From contig OY759726.1 of the NCBI GenBank assembly GCA_963662625.1, forward strand, positions 256,001 through 320,000: a DNA stretch of 64,000 nt. Direction: 5' to 3'. Positions 49,326 through 59,275 of the stretch are shown one piece after another. The notes under the pieces are model-generated. The model was not told where the DNA came from, ran no database searches, and saw only the letters and a program-made list of their open reading frames with translations. The DNA is from Nitrosopumilus sp. GTDB lineage: Archaea; Thermoproteota; Nitrososphaeria; Nitrososphaerales; Nitrosopumilaceae. Position 1 is the first letter of the stretch. Each line of letters opens with the position of its first letter. A program made the position numbers and the translations under genes.

Positions 49326-50687
49326 CTACCCGAACAGGGAGTCGATCTCCCCGTCGGTCATGATCCCCTTTGAAACTGCCAGCTCGCGGATGGTCTTGCC
49401 GGTCTTTAGCGACTCCTTGAACAGCTGCGCCGACTTCAGGTACCCTATCCTCGGGGCGAGCAGCGTGACGATCACGGGGCTGTTCTCGATGTCCCCGCGC
49501 AGCCTCTCCCTGTTCGCGGTGAGCCCGTCGATCAGGTTGGCCGAGAACACCGGCAGGAAGTTTTTGATCATGTCGGTCGACTCTAGCATGCACTTTAGCA
49601 TGCCGGGCAGCATCACGTTGAGCTCGAACTGCCCCGCCTGCGCGCCATGGGCCACCGCCACGTCGTTCCCGATTATGTTAAAGCATATCATGTTCATGCA
49701 CTCGGCCAGGGACGGGTTTACCTTGCCTGGCATGATCGACGAGCCCGCGTGCACCGCCGGAATGCCGAGTTCGGCGAGCCCGGCAACGGGGCCCGACGCC
49801 ATCAGCCTGATGTCGTTTGCCAGCTTGTTCACCTCGAGTGCCAGGTTCCTCAGCGCCCCCGACAGGCTCGCGACTGCGAACCTGCTCTGCAGCGCGTGCT
49901 GCATGTCCCGCTCCGGCCTCAGCGGAAGCCCGGAGATCCTCGCAAGCTCGGACACGGCGGCCCTCCTGTAGCCCCTGGGGGCGTTTGCGCCCGAGCCCAC
50001 GGCCGTCCCACCGAGCGCGACGCCATGCAGCCCTTTTTGCGCCGCCGCTATCTCGCGCCGCGCCTTGTCGACCGCCGTGGCGTATGCGGCAAACTCGCCC
50101 CCTAGGGTCACCGGGAGCGCGTCCATGAGGTGGGTCCTGCCGATCTTTTTGAACGCGGAAAACTCCCTCGCCTTCCTCCTCAGCGAGCCTGCCAGCGCGT
50201 CGACTGCAGGGACAGCGTCCTTGAGGTTCATCAGGATCGCTACGTGCATGGCGGTTGGGTACGTGTCGTTGCTTGACTGCGACATGTTCACGTGATCATT
50301 GGGGTGCAGGTGCTGGTACTGGCCCTTCTTCTTGCGCAGCACCTCCAGCGCGACGTTGGCGATCACCTCGTTTGCGTTCATGTTGAACGCGGTCCCCGCG
50401 CCAGAGTTTATCATGTCCACCACGAACTGCTCCGTGTGCCTTCCGGACAGAATCCTATCGCATGCGGTGACTATGGCCCTCCCGCGCCTCGCGTCAATCG
50501 CCCCGGCCTTCATGTTGGCGACTGCCGCCGAGCGCTTTATCATGACGAAGGCATTGATCAGGTTCGCGTGCGCCCTGCTGCCCGTGACGCGGTACTGCTC
50601 GATCGCCCTTCCCGTGAACGCCCCGTAGTACGCGTCGGCTGGGATCCTAACCTTCCCCAACGAGTCCTCGTCGAGCCTGTGCTTCAT
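49326..50687 (-). CDS. fumC: Class II fumarase / aspartate ammonia-lyase
   Basis: HPNDHVNMSQSSND, GRTHLMDA, GSSIMPGKVNP. Confidence 0.88.
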   Translation of the reverse strand: MKHRLDEDSLGKVRIPADAYYGAFTGRAIEQYRVTGSRAHANLINAFVMIKRSAAVANMKAGAIDARRGRAIVTACDRILSGRHTEQFVVDMINSGAGTAFNMNANEVIANVALEVLRKKKGQYQHLHPNDHVNMSQSSNDTYPTAMHVAILMNLKDAVPAVDALAGSLRRKAREFSAFKKIGRTHLMDALPVTLGGEFAAYATAVDKARREIAAAQKGLHGVALGGTAVGSGANAPRGYRRAAVSELARISGLPLRPERDMQHALQSRFAVASLSGALRNLALEVNKLANDIRLMASGPVAGLAELGIPAVHAGSSIMPGKVNPSLAECMNMICFNIIGNDVAVAHGAQAGQFELNVMLPGMLKCMLESTDMIKNFLPVFSANLIDGLTANRERLRGDIENSPVIVTLLAPRIGYLKSAQLFKESLKTGKTIRELAVSKGIMTDGEIDSLFG

Positions 50688-50780
50688 GCCGCTTTAGCAA
50701 GGCGCGCCACCACTATTCATTCTTTTTTTTTCGGCGGCCGGCCGCCGGGGATCCGCGCCCGCTGAACCCGAATACAACAA

Positions 50781-50788
50781 TATATAAA
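50781..50788 (+). promoter_or_regulatory. Archaeal TATA box of nirK
   Basis: tatataaa about 25 nt before ATG 50810 (near-leaderless arrangement). Confidence 0.65.
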
Positions 50789-50809
50789 TCGCCAAGTGTA
50801 AGCTAAGGA

Positions 50810-52219
50810 ATGAATAAGAGAATCAGCACGCTCTTTACAGTTGCGGCAGTAGCTGTAATGGGCGCTACCTTATTCGGAAGCACATACACACAAACACAGA
50901 TTGCTGGCCAGTCCATCGACGCATCCCAACTAGACGTTGACGTCCTAGAGCAGATCCAACAAATGGGGGGGTTGCAACTGGTGATGCCTGAGGCGTTCGC
51001 AGTAACCGACTGCGCCGTTTTGGAGTCGTCTGGCAGAAACGTCTACGACTTCCAACTAACCGGCGTGAGCGTCGAACTCCCGACCATGGGAGGCAAGACG
51101 TTCAATGCGATGACCTTCAGCGGGCAGGTCCCAGGACCCACGCTCAGAGTCACGCAGGGCGACGTCGTGAAGATGACACTCACGATTCCGGCAGACGAGG
51201 TCACAGGCCACGGCAACGACATGCACTCATCACAAATGTCAGCGGGCAACTTTGAGTCAGTAAACCCTGGCGAGACGAGTCAGTACTGCTACATTGCTGA
51301 AACCGCGGGCATCTTCAAGTACCACTGTTCGGGCGTGAAGCTTGTGGGCATGGATCAACACGTACTTTCTGGCATGTACGGAATCGCGATAGTCGATCCC
51401 GCCAACGGCTACAAGAAACTGATGGTGGAGAAGACGAGCGGCAGCGGCATGATCGACAGAAAGTTCTACGACGCGGACGCGCTAGAGTTCCAACTCCAGT
51501 ACAACCAGATGTACCTGACGCCCGAGGGCAACTATGATCAAGTGGCGATGTTCAAGCACCAAAACACGGCCACGGTTGTCAACGGGATGCAGTTCGGCTA
51601 CGTGCCGAACATGGCACACAACCTGCTGGTCAACGGAGACACGAACAAGAACATCTTTGTAGCGCAGCCTTGGAACGGAATCGAGCTCAAGCAATACCAG
51701 TCACAACTGCTGTTTGTTGAAAACGACCAACACGTGAGACTCTTCATAGAGAATCAGGGCAACGAGCCGGTGTTCTTCCACATTGTTGGCGAGATCTTGG
51801 ACAGGGTTGTCCAGGGGAACCGCGTACAATCTGCAGCGACCGAAACGTGGCTGCTGGGAGGTTCACAGGGCATGATAGTCGACGTGGTGTTTGACGAGCC
51901 CGGCGTCTATGCGGCGGTCAATCACGACTATGCGGCCATCTACACTGGCGCGGCCACGGTATTCGTGGCAGGCGACCCGTTCGGCCTGAACCCGGTTCTG
52001 GTCGACAAGGGAGTGCTGGACGCACCGGTGCCCTCGTATGCATACGCATTGGGCAACCCGAGCGACGCCGTTCCCCCGATGGGGATGAACAGCATTGCCC
52101 ACCCCGCGATCAACATCCATGGTCTGTACACTGACGAAGTAGCTTCCGCTATGCAAGAAGGCGGCATGATCGCTCTATGGGAAGTAATTCCCGTGGTTGC
52201 CGACATCCTGACCTCTTAG
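50810..52219 (+). CDS. nirK: Copper-containing nitrite reductase, AOA type
   Basis: Signal peptide; PGPTLRVTQGD, HGNDMH, YHCSG...DQHVLSGM, FHIVGEI, AVNHD. Confidence 0.9.
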   Translation: MNKRISTLFTVAAVAVMGATLFGSTYTQTQIAGQSIDASQLDVDVLEQIQQMGGLQLVMPEAFAVTDCAVLESSGRNVYDFQLTGVSVELPTMGGKTFNAMTFSGQVPGPTLRVTQGDVVKMTLTIPADEVTGHGNDMHSSQMSAGNFESVNPGETSQYCYIAETAGIFKYHCSGVKLVGMDQHVLSGMYGIAIVDPANGYKKLMVEKTSGSGMIDRKFYDADALEFQLQYNQMYLTPEGNYDQVAMFKHQNTATVVNGMQFGYVPNMAHNLLVNGDTNKNIFVAQPWNGIELKQYQSQLLFVENDQHVRLFIENQGNEPVFFHIVGEILDRVVQGNRVQSAATETWLLGGSQGMIVDVVFDEPGVYAAVNHDYAAIYTGAATVFVAGDPFGLNPVLVDKGVLDAPVPSYAYALGNPSDAVPPMGMNSIAHPAINIHGLYTDEVASAMQEGGMIALWEVIPVVADILTS

Positions 52220-52220
52220 C

Positions 52221-52238
52221 CTCTTTTTTTCTTTTATT
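52221..52238 (+). terminator. Oligo-T archaeal terminator
   Basis: ctctttttttcttttatt immediately after the nirK stop. Confidence 0.65.
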
Positions 52239-52278
52239 ACCTTAATGAAATATATGCCGTGCGCGCGGTGGAATCCCT

Positions 52279-53211
52279 GTGAGTTTTAACGACTCTGTCC
52301 TGGTGTGCGACGAGGTGGCACCGGTGCTGACCAAAATCCTCCAGGACAACGGGCTCCGGGTATCGTACGAGCCGGAGATAACCGCCGGCCAGGTACTCGA
52401 AAGGATCCGGGACTACGAGATCGTGATCGTCCGGAGCAGGACCACCATCACCGGGGAGATGATCGCGGCTGCCGGCAAGTGCAAGATCATCGCGCGAGTG
52501 GGGGTCGGGTTAGACAACATCGACCTCGAGGCCGCCAAGTCGAGGGGCATCCGGGTCATCAACGCGGTGGAGGGGGCGATGAACGCCGTGGCTGAGCTGG
52601 TCCTGGGCCTGATGCTGTCGCTGGCAAGGCAGACGGCGCGCGGCGACAGGGGGATCAGGGGAGGCCAGTGGCTGAAAAAAGAGCTCAAGGGAACCGAGCT
52701 CAAGGGGAAGTACCTCGGGATCATCGGGCTGGGAAACATCGGAAAGCGCCTGGCCCGGCTTGCCCGGGCGCTGAACATGAACGTAATCGGCTACGACGTG
52801 ATCCCGATCGACGCAGAGTTCTCGAAGGAGGTCGGCCTCATAAAGTCTGACCTGGACACCCTGCTGCAGAGCTCAGACTACGTGTCCGTCCACGTCCCGC
52901 TCCTGGACTCGACCCACCACCTCATCGACTCGCAGAAGATGTCGCTGATGAAGCCAACTGCCAGCATAATCAACACGTCCAGGGGGGGGATAGTGGACGA
53001 GGACGCGCTCTACGACGCCCTCAGCAACGGCAGGCTCGCAGGCGCCGCGCTCGACGTGTTTGAAAAAGAGCCCGCTACCGGGAACAGGCTTGCGGAACTG
53101 GACAACGTCATACTCACCCCGCACATCGGCGCCCAGACCAAGGAGGCGCAGTCGCTTGCGGCAAACGTGATCGGAGAGAAGATCATCCAGGTGCTCCGCG
53201 GCGTGATCTAG
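52279..53211 (+). CDS. serA: D-3-phosphoglycerate dehydrogenase
   Basis: GVGLDNID, GIIGLGNIG, NTSRGG, TPHIGAQT. Confidence 0.85.
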   Translation: MSFNDSVLVCDEVAPVLTKILQDNGLRVSYEPEITAGQVLERIRDYEIVIVRSRTTITGEMIAAAGKCKIIARVGVGLDNIDLEAAKSRGIRVINAVEGAMNAVAELVLGLMLSLARQTARGDRGIRGGQWLKKELKGTELKGKYLGIIGLGNIGKRLARLARALNMNVIGYDVIPIDAEFSKEVGLIKSDLDTLLQSSDYVSVHVPLLDSTHHLIDSQKMSLMKPTASIINTSRGGIVDEDALYDALSNGRLAGAALDVFEKEPATGNRLAELDNVILTPHIGAQTKEAQSLAANVIGEKIIQVLRGVI

Positions 53212-53308
53212 GCCCTCCCTTCCCAGAACTTAAATAACTAAAAAAACTTGACTGTTACGTGATGGAATGCTGCCTGAACGGCCTTAGCTCTCCCGGGAGG
53301 CCATTAGG

Positions 53309-54442
53309 GTGTTGAAAAACCGGCGCCTGCCAAGAGTCATCCCGGGCAGCCCCCGCAAAAACCTGCCCAGCACCAGATCGCTGCTGGTAATATCGCTCGG
53401 ACTGGTCATACTGGCTGTAGTCTCGCCGTATTTTGTACATGCCGACACGGGCTCCGTCACAGTCGACGGCATCCCCTACGACGTAAGTTATGACGCCGTG
53501 GGAGTCGGCATTCTGGGGTTTGACACCGATCCGGAGTGGCCCGCCCTGATAGTGTCCATGGACGCGGCGTCTTCCGGGATCCTGGACGTCACACTTGGAA
53601 GCGACCTACTTGATTCCCTTTATGACGAAGCGGGAGGCGAGTTTGAGGTCCTGGCCGACGACGATCTGGCGGTCTTTTCCGAAACGGAAACCATGCCGTC
53701 CTCTAGGGCCCTGACCATCGTCGTGCCCGCGGGAACCCAAGAGATTTTGATCGGCACCATCCCGGCGGAGGATCCGGCGCCAGTAGACGCGGCGGAGGAT
53801 CCGGCGCCAGTAGACGCGGCGGAGGATCCGGCGCCAGTAGACGCGGCGGAGGATCCGGCGCCAGTAGACGCGGCGGAGGATCCGGCGCCAGTAGACGCGG
53901 CGGAGGATCCGGCGCCAGTAGACGCGGCGGAGGATCCGGCGCCAGTAGACGCGGCGGAGGATCCGGCGCCAGTAGACGCGGCGGAGGATCCGGCGCCAGT
54001 AGACGCGGCGGAGGATCCGATGCCAATCGGCGCGGCCGTGGACGCGTCAAGTTCCACATCCGTCACGGCCTCCGACGGCGCGACATCTGACATGGCATCC
54101 ACGGATCCGACAGGCGATACTGCCGATGATCCGGGCATGGGCACGGCTGACGACGCGGTAAATGCCGGGACGGTGACAGCGGACGGCCAGACGGTGGAAT
54201 GCGGGCCAGGCACAGTTCTTGAAGACGGAGTATGCATTCTGGACGAACCTGCCGATCCGCCGGAACCCCTAGAGACCGCCCAGTCAGAGTCGGCAACGGG
54301 CCAGGCGGAATCCGCCCCCGGCAAGCCGCTGCTCTCCGGACTCAGCTACGGGATCGTCATGGCGTTCATAATTGCAGGTGGCGTCGGGGCCCTCCTCGGC
54401 GCGGCAGCCAGGTCAAGCATGCGCAACAGGCAAAAGAACTAG
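53309..54442 (+). CDS. Membrane-anchored acidic surface protein with repeat stalk
   Basis: Signal peptide, CGPGTVLEDGVC motif, C-terminal TM; start uncertain. Confidence 0.75.
   Translation: MLKNRRLPRVIPGSPRKNLPSTRSLLVISLGLVILAVVSPYFVHADTGSVTVDGIPYDVSYDAVGVGILGFDTDPEWPALIVSMDAASSGILDVTLGSDLLDSLYDEAGGEFEVLADDDLAVFSETETMPSSRALTIVVPAGTQEILIGTIPAEDPAPVDAAEDPAPVDAAEDPAPVDAAEDPAPVDAAEDPAPVDAAEDPAPVDAAEDPAPVDAAEDPAPVDAAEDPAPVDAAEDPMPIGAAVDASSSTSVTASDGATSDMASTDPTGDTADDPGMGTADDAVNAGTVTADGQTVECGPGTVLEDGVCILDEPADPPEPLETAQSESATGQAESAPGKPLLSGLSYGIVMAFIIAGGVGALLGAAARSSMRNRQKN
53765..54019 (+). repeat. Perfect 27-bp minisatellite, 9 copies plus partial (AEDPAPVDA)
   Basis: Unit gcggaggatccggcgccagtagacgcg. 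Confidence 0.95.
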
Positions 54443-54951
54443 CACCTAAAACCGTCGCCGCGCATCATCCCGTCAAAGCCGAACCCCGTGTACTGGGAGC
54501 TTGTAGCATACGGGATAAAGCCGAGAACCGGGGTGCTGACGGTAACCAGCACGTACATCTTGGTGGGATCCAGCCTGACGTCCCCGCCATCAAACTCGTA
54601 GTCCAGCGTCATGAATATGCTCTGTACCGTGATAAACTCGTCGGATCTAAACCCCCCGTACTGCAGTGCGGAAGATGATGGCTCCAGGCCCACCCCGTCC
54701 ACAACGAATGTGCCCAGGATGTCCGCGTCATAAAACAGGTCCGCCTGGAAACTCCTGAGGTCCGCCCACAGCGGCGTCGGGTTGCAGAACTCCACGTACC
54801 CGCTGTTTGACATGGCAAAAAAGCTGAACCCCTCGGCATCGCCCCACCTGTACTGGAGCTGCTCTGCGGCGTAAATGTTCATGCCCGAGTACGCGAAGGG
54901 GACCGCCATCACCACGATCGCAATGCACGTAATTACAGTGTGTTTGTTCAT
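54439..54951 (-). CDS. Hypothetical protein with N-terminal TM
   Basis: MNKHTVITCIAIVVMAVPFAY; overlaps neighbours in operon style. Confidence 0.7.
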   Translation of the reverse strand: MNKHTVITCIAIVVMAVPFAYSGMNIYAAEQLQYRWGDAEGFSFFAMSNSGYVEFCNPTPLWADLRSFQADLFYDADILGTFVVDGVGLEPSSSALQYGGFRSDEFITVQSIFMTLDYEFDGGDVRLDPTKMYVLVTVSTPVLGFIPYATSSQYTGFGFDGMMRGDGFRC

Positions 54952-55595
54952 GCCCCGTTACGCAACTTCACCGTGATGATGCCCTCGTCCATCAGGTAAT
55001 CCAGCGCCCCTATGAACTCTTCGTCGGAAACCGATCCCTCGATCCACCAGAACGCGATGCCCTTCACCCAAAACGGAATGTGGACGTCGTTCATGTTATG
55101 CTCCGTGACCTGGAACGGGACCTCTATGATCTCCTTGTCCACGTATTTTTCCAGCGCGTCGATCACTATCCAGCTTGAGACGTAGCCGCCTACCCAGTTG
55201 GCGATGTACGGCTTTAGCAGTTCTGGCAGGCACCTCTTCCCCGAATCGACCAGGACGAATTCCGCGGTGGCCCATCCCCCCGAGTACTCCACGTCGATGA
55301 AGTAAACCCCCCGCGGGAATATGTCCTCGCTGAAGGCCACCCGTGACGGCACGGGGGTCTCGTAATCGTCGACGGCCACCGGTATCGCGCTGCTGCCCTT
55401 CCCCTCGCTGTCCCTTATGTGGATCGTCGCAACGTCCCCGGTGACCTCGGACACCCTGATCGTGTAGAACAGCTTCTCGCAATAGCTGAACGTCGACTGC
55501 TCCATGGCAATCTCTACTGTGGGCGCCGCGTGCGCGGCGGGCACCAGCCCGAGGACCGCCACCGCCGCAAGGACGTAACCTCTCTTCACCCTCAT
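54948..55595 (-). CDS. Secreted protein with IPxWxKxxAxWW domain
   Basis: Signal peptide; IPFWVKGIAFWWIEGSVSDEEFIGALDYL. Confidence 0.75.
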   Translation of the reverse strand: MRVKRGYVLAAVAVLGLVPAAHAAPTVEIAMEQSTFSYCEKLFYTIRVSEVTGDVATIHIRDSEGKGSSAIPVAVDDYETPVPSRVAFSEDIFPRGVYFIDVEYSGGWATAEFVLVDSGKRCLPELLKPYIANWVGGYVSSWIVIDALEKYVDKEIIEVPFQVTEHNMNDVHIPFWVKGIAFWWIEGSVSDEEFIGALDYLMDEGIITVKLRNGA

Positions 55596-55723
55596 ACGTG
55601 GCAGTGCCACTTTATAAAAATCCCAGCCCGCCGCCCACGGCGCCGGGCGCCTCCCGTGCCGTAGGCCTGCCGTGCCCGGCCCGTTTCGTTTTAGTTATTA
55701 AAGGGGTTCTTGATACCCAATCC

Positions 55724-56179
55724 ATGCCCAGTTTGCAGGATCGCTCGTGGATAAGGCTGTGGAAGGAGAACGCCCCCGAGCTGCGGGAACGCGTCGTGAA
55801 ATGGCGCAAGCAAAACGCGATCACCAGGATAGACAAGCCAAGCCGCATCCAGCGGGCAAGGAGGCTGGGCTACAAGGCAAAGCAGGGCATCATAGTGGTC
55901 CGGATGCGCGTGGGCACCGGCGGCATGAGAAAACAGAGGCCCACCGGCGGCCGCAGGCCAAAGCATCTCGGCGTCACCCGGATCAAGGCCGACGACAACA
56001 TGAACAAGGTGGCAGAGAGGAGGGTCTTGGAGAGGTATCCCAACATGAGGATCCTGGGCTCCTACTTTATCTACAAGGACGGCCTGCACTACTGGTTCGA
56101 GGTCATCATGGCAGACCCGGCCCACCCGAGGATCGTGCAGGACAAGGAGCTCAAGAAACGGCTCGCGCCTGCCGCGTAA
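55724..56179 (+). CDS. rpl15e: 50S ribosomal protein L15e
   Basis: RARRLGYKAKQG, GRRPK, WFEVI.ADP.HP. Confidence 0.95.
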   Translation: MPSLQDRSWIRLWKENAPELRERVVKWRKQNAITRIDKPSRIQRARRLGYKAKQGIIVVRMRVGTGGMRKQRPTGGRRPKHLGVTRIKADDNMNKVAERRVLERYPNMRILGSYFIYKDGLHYWFEVIMADPAHPRIVQDKELKKRLAPAA

Positions 56180-56180
56180 A

Positions 56181-57005
56181 TTGAACGCGTTCCTGACAGT
56201 CCCGCTGCTGCTCCTCCTGGCAACCGCGCCCGCCCATGCCCAGATGCTGTCCGACAAGACGGGCCTCCTGTACCGGCTGGACATAGAGGCCGGCGGCCAC
56301 AGCTACGAAGTCGAGACGGTATCTACATTCGACGTCCGGGACTATTCGTTCGACGGGGATCAGGGGCGCCTGACGCTGCACGTCTTCAGCGGCGTCGAGG
56401 ATAACCTGGGCGAGCTGCTGATCCCGCAGGCCCTCATGGGAGGGGACCTTGCCGTCTACCTGGACGGCGCCGAACTGCCCGCCAGGATAGGCTCCAACGA
56501 AAGGATCTCATTTGTCACGATAAGCTTTACCGGCTCCGGGGACAGCAGGATCGACGTCGTCGGCGACTCCCGCCTTGGCGCCACGGGGGCCCCGCAAGCT
56601 GGAGCGGAGCCCGCGCCCGCGGGCGGCGGGTGCCTGGTGGCCACGGCCGCATACGGCTCCGAACTAGCGCCCCAGGTGCAGATGCTTAGGGAGGTGCGCG
56701 ACGGCAAGGTGGCCGGCACGCCGCTGGGGGCAGCATTCATGGGGGGATTCAACCAATTGTACTACTCGTTCTCCCCGCACGTGGCAGACTACCAGAGGGA
56801 AAACGCGGCATTCAACGGGGCGGTAAGGATGGCCATCACGCCCATGGTGGCGTCACTCGGGCTCATGTCCCTGGCAGAGTCGGAGCAGGAGATCCTGGCG
56901 TACGGCACCGCGGTAATGCTGCTCAACGTGGGGCTGTACCTGGCGGCGCCCGCCGCGGCCCTCGCGCTCCTGGGAAGGGCGTCTACTGGCCGACGAGCTT
57001 CCTGA
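56181..57005 (+). CDS. Secreted protein with CFI-box-CTERM sorting domain
   Basis: GGGCLVATAAYGSELAPQVQMLREVRD...FNQLYYSFSP. Confidence 0.85.
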   Translation: MNAFLTVPLLLLLATAPAHAQMLSDKTGLLYRLDIEAGGHSYEVETVSTFDVRDYSFDGDQGRLTLHVFSGVEDNLGELLIPQALMGGDLAVYLDGAELPARIGSNERISFVTISFTGSGDSRIDVVGDSRLGATGAPQAGAEPAPAGGGCLVATAAYGSELAPQVQMLREVRDGKVAGTPLGAAFMGGFNQLYYSFSPHVADYQRENAAFNGAVRMAITPMVASLGLMSLAESEQEILAYGTAVMLLNVGLYLAAPAAALALLGRASTGRRAS

Positions 57006-57645
57006 CCTTGGCTTCCAGGTTGCCTGACTGGCCAAACGACACGTCACGCAGCACGCCATCCCTGTCGACCAGTATGGTCGACGGCGTGCCCCGCAGTGAG
57101 AACTTTTCGAACGTCTCGGCAGAGAACTCCTTTGATCCCATATAGTCCCTGACCCTCCGGACGACCTGCTCTCTGTACTCCTCCGGCTGCGAGTCGAACT
57201 CTGGAATCTGTGGACGTATGAACTGCATCACCTTCTCCTGGCTGATCTCGCCGGACGCCCTCGTGAGGACGTCCATTCCCAGCGGGAAGGGGATCTTGTA
57301 GGGGAGCCTGTCCCCCTCCAGGAGCTGCCCGTACGTCGACAGCGTGTCCTTGGTATCGCCTACCACCCTGCCGGTCTCTGCGAGCATCCTCAGGTTCTCC
57401 AGAGTGTTCTTGTCAAAATCCTCAAACGCGGTTGCGATCCCGAGCACCCTGACCCCGTCATCCCCGTACCTGTTGTAGATGTCTATGGCCTCGGGAATCG
57501 CGTGCATAAAGCAGCCGGGGCAGTTTACCTGGAACACCTCCACCAGGACAACGTGGTCTTTTTCCTGGTCCAAGTTGGTGGGGGCGCCCTGGATCCACTC
57601 AGAGACGCCCAGGTTCGGCGCCTTCTGCCCTATGACCGCGCTCAT
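56983..57645 (-). CDS. Thioredoxin-fold AhpC/TSA-like protein
   Basis: IGQKAP, FQVNCPGC, GTPSTILVD. Confidence 0.85.
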   Translation of the reverse strand: MSAVIGQKAPNLGVSEWIQGAPTNLDQEKDHVVLVEVFQVNCPGCFMHAIPEAIDIYNRYGDDGVRVLGIATAFEDFDKNTLENLRMLAETGRVVGDTKDTLSTYGQLLEGDRLPYKIPFPLGMDVLTRASGEISQEKVMQFIRPQIPEFDSQPEEYREQVVRRVRDYMGSKEFSAETFEKFSLRGTPSTILVDRDGVLRDVSFGQSGNLEAKVRKLVGQ

Positions 57646-57699
57646 CAACTGTAATCGGTTTTTTTCCATTAAATACATACCTGAGGAGTGCCAGTAACA

Positions 57700-58250
57700 C
57701 TTTCGGCGATCACGCCCCGCGGGACTGCCTCCACCCATGCGAGAAAATCAGCAGGAACCAACCCCGTCATGCTTGCAGTGCCGCCTTCCCAGGTTACTGT
57801 AGGCCCCAGCTCGTTCGTGGCGTACGTGTGGACATTCGCCACCACGCCCGGGATGGCCGGCTCGCCGGCATCAATTACGCCGTTTGCGCTGCCGTCCAGG
57901 CGTGCCGTAACGTCGAGCGTCACGGCCTCCGACGTCGCCACGGGGCGATTCCCACGCCAAACGTGGCGGGCGTTCCCATGGCAGGCTGCACGTAAGCGTA
58001 GAACGGGCCGGTGGCGACGGCGTGGCCAAGCGGGAAGCACGCAGCCTGCGCCAGCGCCGCCTCGGACGGGGCGGTGCCCTCGAACGCGTACGCGCCGTCA
58101 GAACACGTGACTGCCTCCGGCATGACCTGCGGGCTTGTCAGGCCTATGGCGTACATCGCGTGCCCCGGGATCCCGAACTCGCCGGGATCCCGGATCCCGT
58201 TGCCGTTGGAGTCGGTAAAGACGGTTCCCCGGATCGTGGTCCCGCTGCCG
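57700..58250 (-). pseudogene. Frameshifted SdrD-B-like domains, paralogue of the C-terminus of 34259-37129
   Basis: GTVFTDSNGNGIRDPGE...GHAM and, in another frame, GVIDAGE...VHTYA...LVPADF. Confidence 0.7.
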
Positions 58251-58332
58251 GATCCCCACGCGCGCGCCGGGACGCGGCCGAGGGGGGCCAATAAAGTAAC
58301 CTAATATAGGACGCCTGAAACCTCAAAGCAAA

Positions 58333-58821
58333 ATGCAGGCAGTTACTGACGACAGGCTTTCGCTCCTTGCCGAAATGGAGGCAAGGTACGAGCAAAAAGA
58401 CACGGACTACTTTGTGGGCCTCCTGGATCACCCCGACTATGTCATAAGGGCCCGGGCCACCTGCATCCTGGTCGACTTTGGCGGCGAGGACAAGGTGCCC
58501 TTCATCGCCAGGGTGCTCAAGGGCGACTCCAACGAGCTGGTGAGGCACGAGGCGGCGTTCTCGCTGGGCCAGATGTGCTATTCCAGCTCCGTGCCCCCGC
58601 TGGCGGACGCCACGCTGAACGATCCGAGCATGTTCGTGAGGCACGAGGCCGCGATCGCCCTGGGGGTAGTCGGCAGCGCCGACGCAAAGGAGGCCCTGAA
58701 AAAGGCGCTGAACGACCGGGACAGGCCGGTGGCAGAGTCAGCCGTGGTCGCCCTGTCCAACATCGCGTTCATGGAAAAGTTAAGTAAGAACGAAAAGTTT
58801 GCAAGGTTGACGGGTGGATGA
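58333..58821 (+). CDS. HEAT-repeat protein (PBS-lyase/DOHH-like)
   Basis: Two VRHEAA repeats. Confidence 0.85.
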   Translation: MQAVTDDRLSLLAEMEARYEQKDTDYFVGLLDHPDYVIRARATCILVDFGGEDKVPFIARVLKGDSNELVRHEAAFSLGQMCYSSSVPPLADATLNDPSMFVRHEAAIALGVVGSADAKEALKKALNDRDRPVAESAVVALSNIAFMEKLSKNEKFARLTGG

Positions 58822-59263
58822 GGTGAAGTTCGCGTACGGTGTGATAGCTGCGGTGGGCGTCCTCATAGCAATCAGCCTCGGCCTGATCGCCGCAGACCCG
58901 GGATACCTGCCGGAGCCGTCAGCTCTCAGCGAGGGCGCCCCTCCGGGGCAGCCGGAGCCCCCGGCGCCTGCAGTCGTTTCCCTGCCCCCGGGTTCGGGCT
59001 CTCCCGGCTGCGAGTCGACCAACGAGTGCTTCATCCCGTACAGCCTCCAGGCAAGCGCGGGCGGCACCGTCACGTGGAACAACGACGACACCGTGGCGCA
59101 TACGGTGACCAGCGGGACCCTGGACGGGGGGCATGACGGCCTCTTTGACTCCGGCCTGTTCATGTCGGGCGCCTCCTTTGACTACGTGTTTGACGAGGCA
59201 GGCGAGTACGACTATTACTGCATGGTCCACCCGTGGATGGTGGGCAAGATCACCGTGGCCTAG
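58814..59263 (+). CDS. Blue (type 1) copper protein, plastocyanin family
   Basis: WNNDD..AHTVTSG, YYCMVHPWM. Confidence 0.92.
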   Translation: MDEVKFAYGVIAAVGVLIAISLGLIAADPGYLPEPSALSEGAPPGQPEPPAPAVVSLPPGSGSPGCESTNECFIPYSLQASAGGTVTWNNDDTVAHTVTSGTLDGGHDGLFDSGLFMSGASFDYVFDEAGEYDYYCMVHPWMVGKITVA

Positions 59264-59275
59264 CGGATCCCGCGG

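Noticed and set aside
53255-53315. Fluoride riboswitch or H/ACA-like hairpin
   Set aside because: A hairpin is possible, but the conserved pseudoknot and box elements are missing
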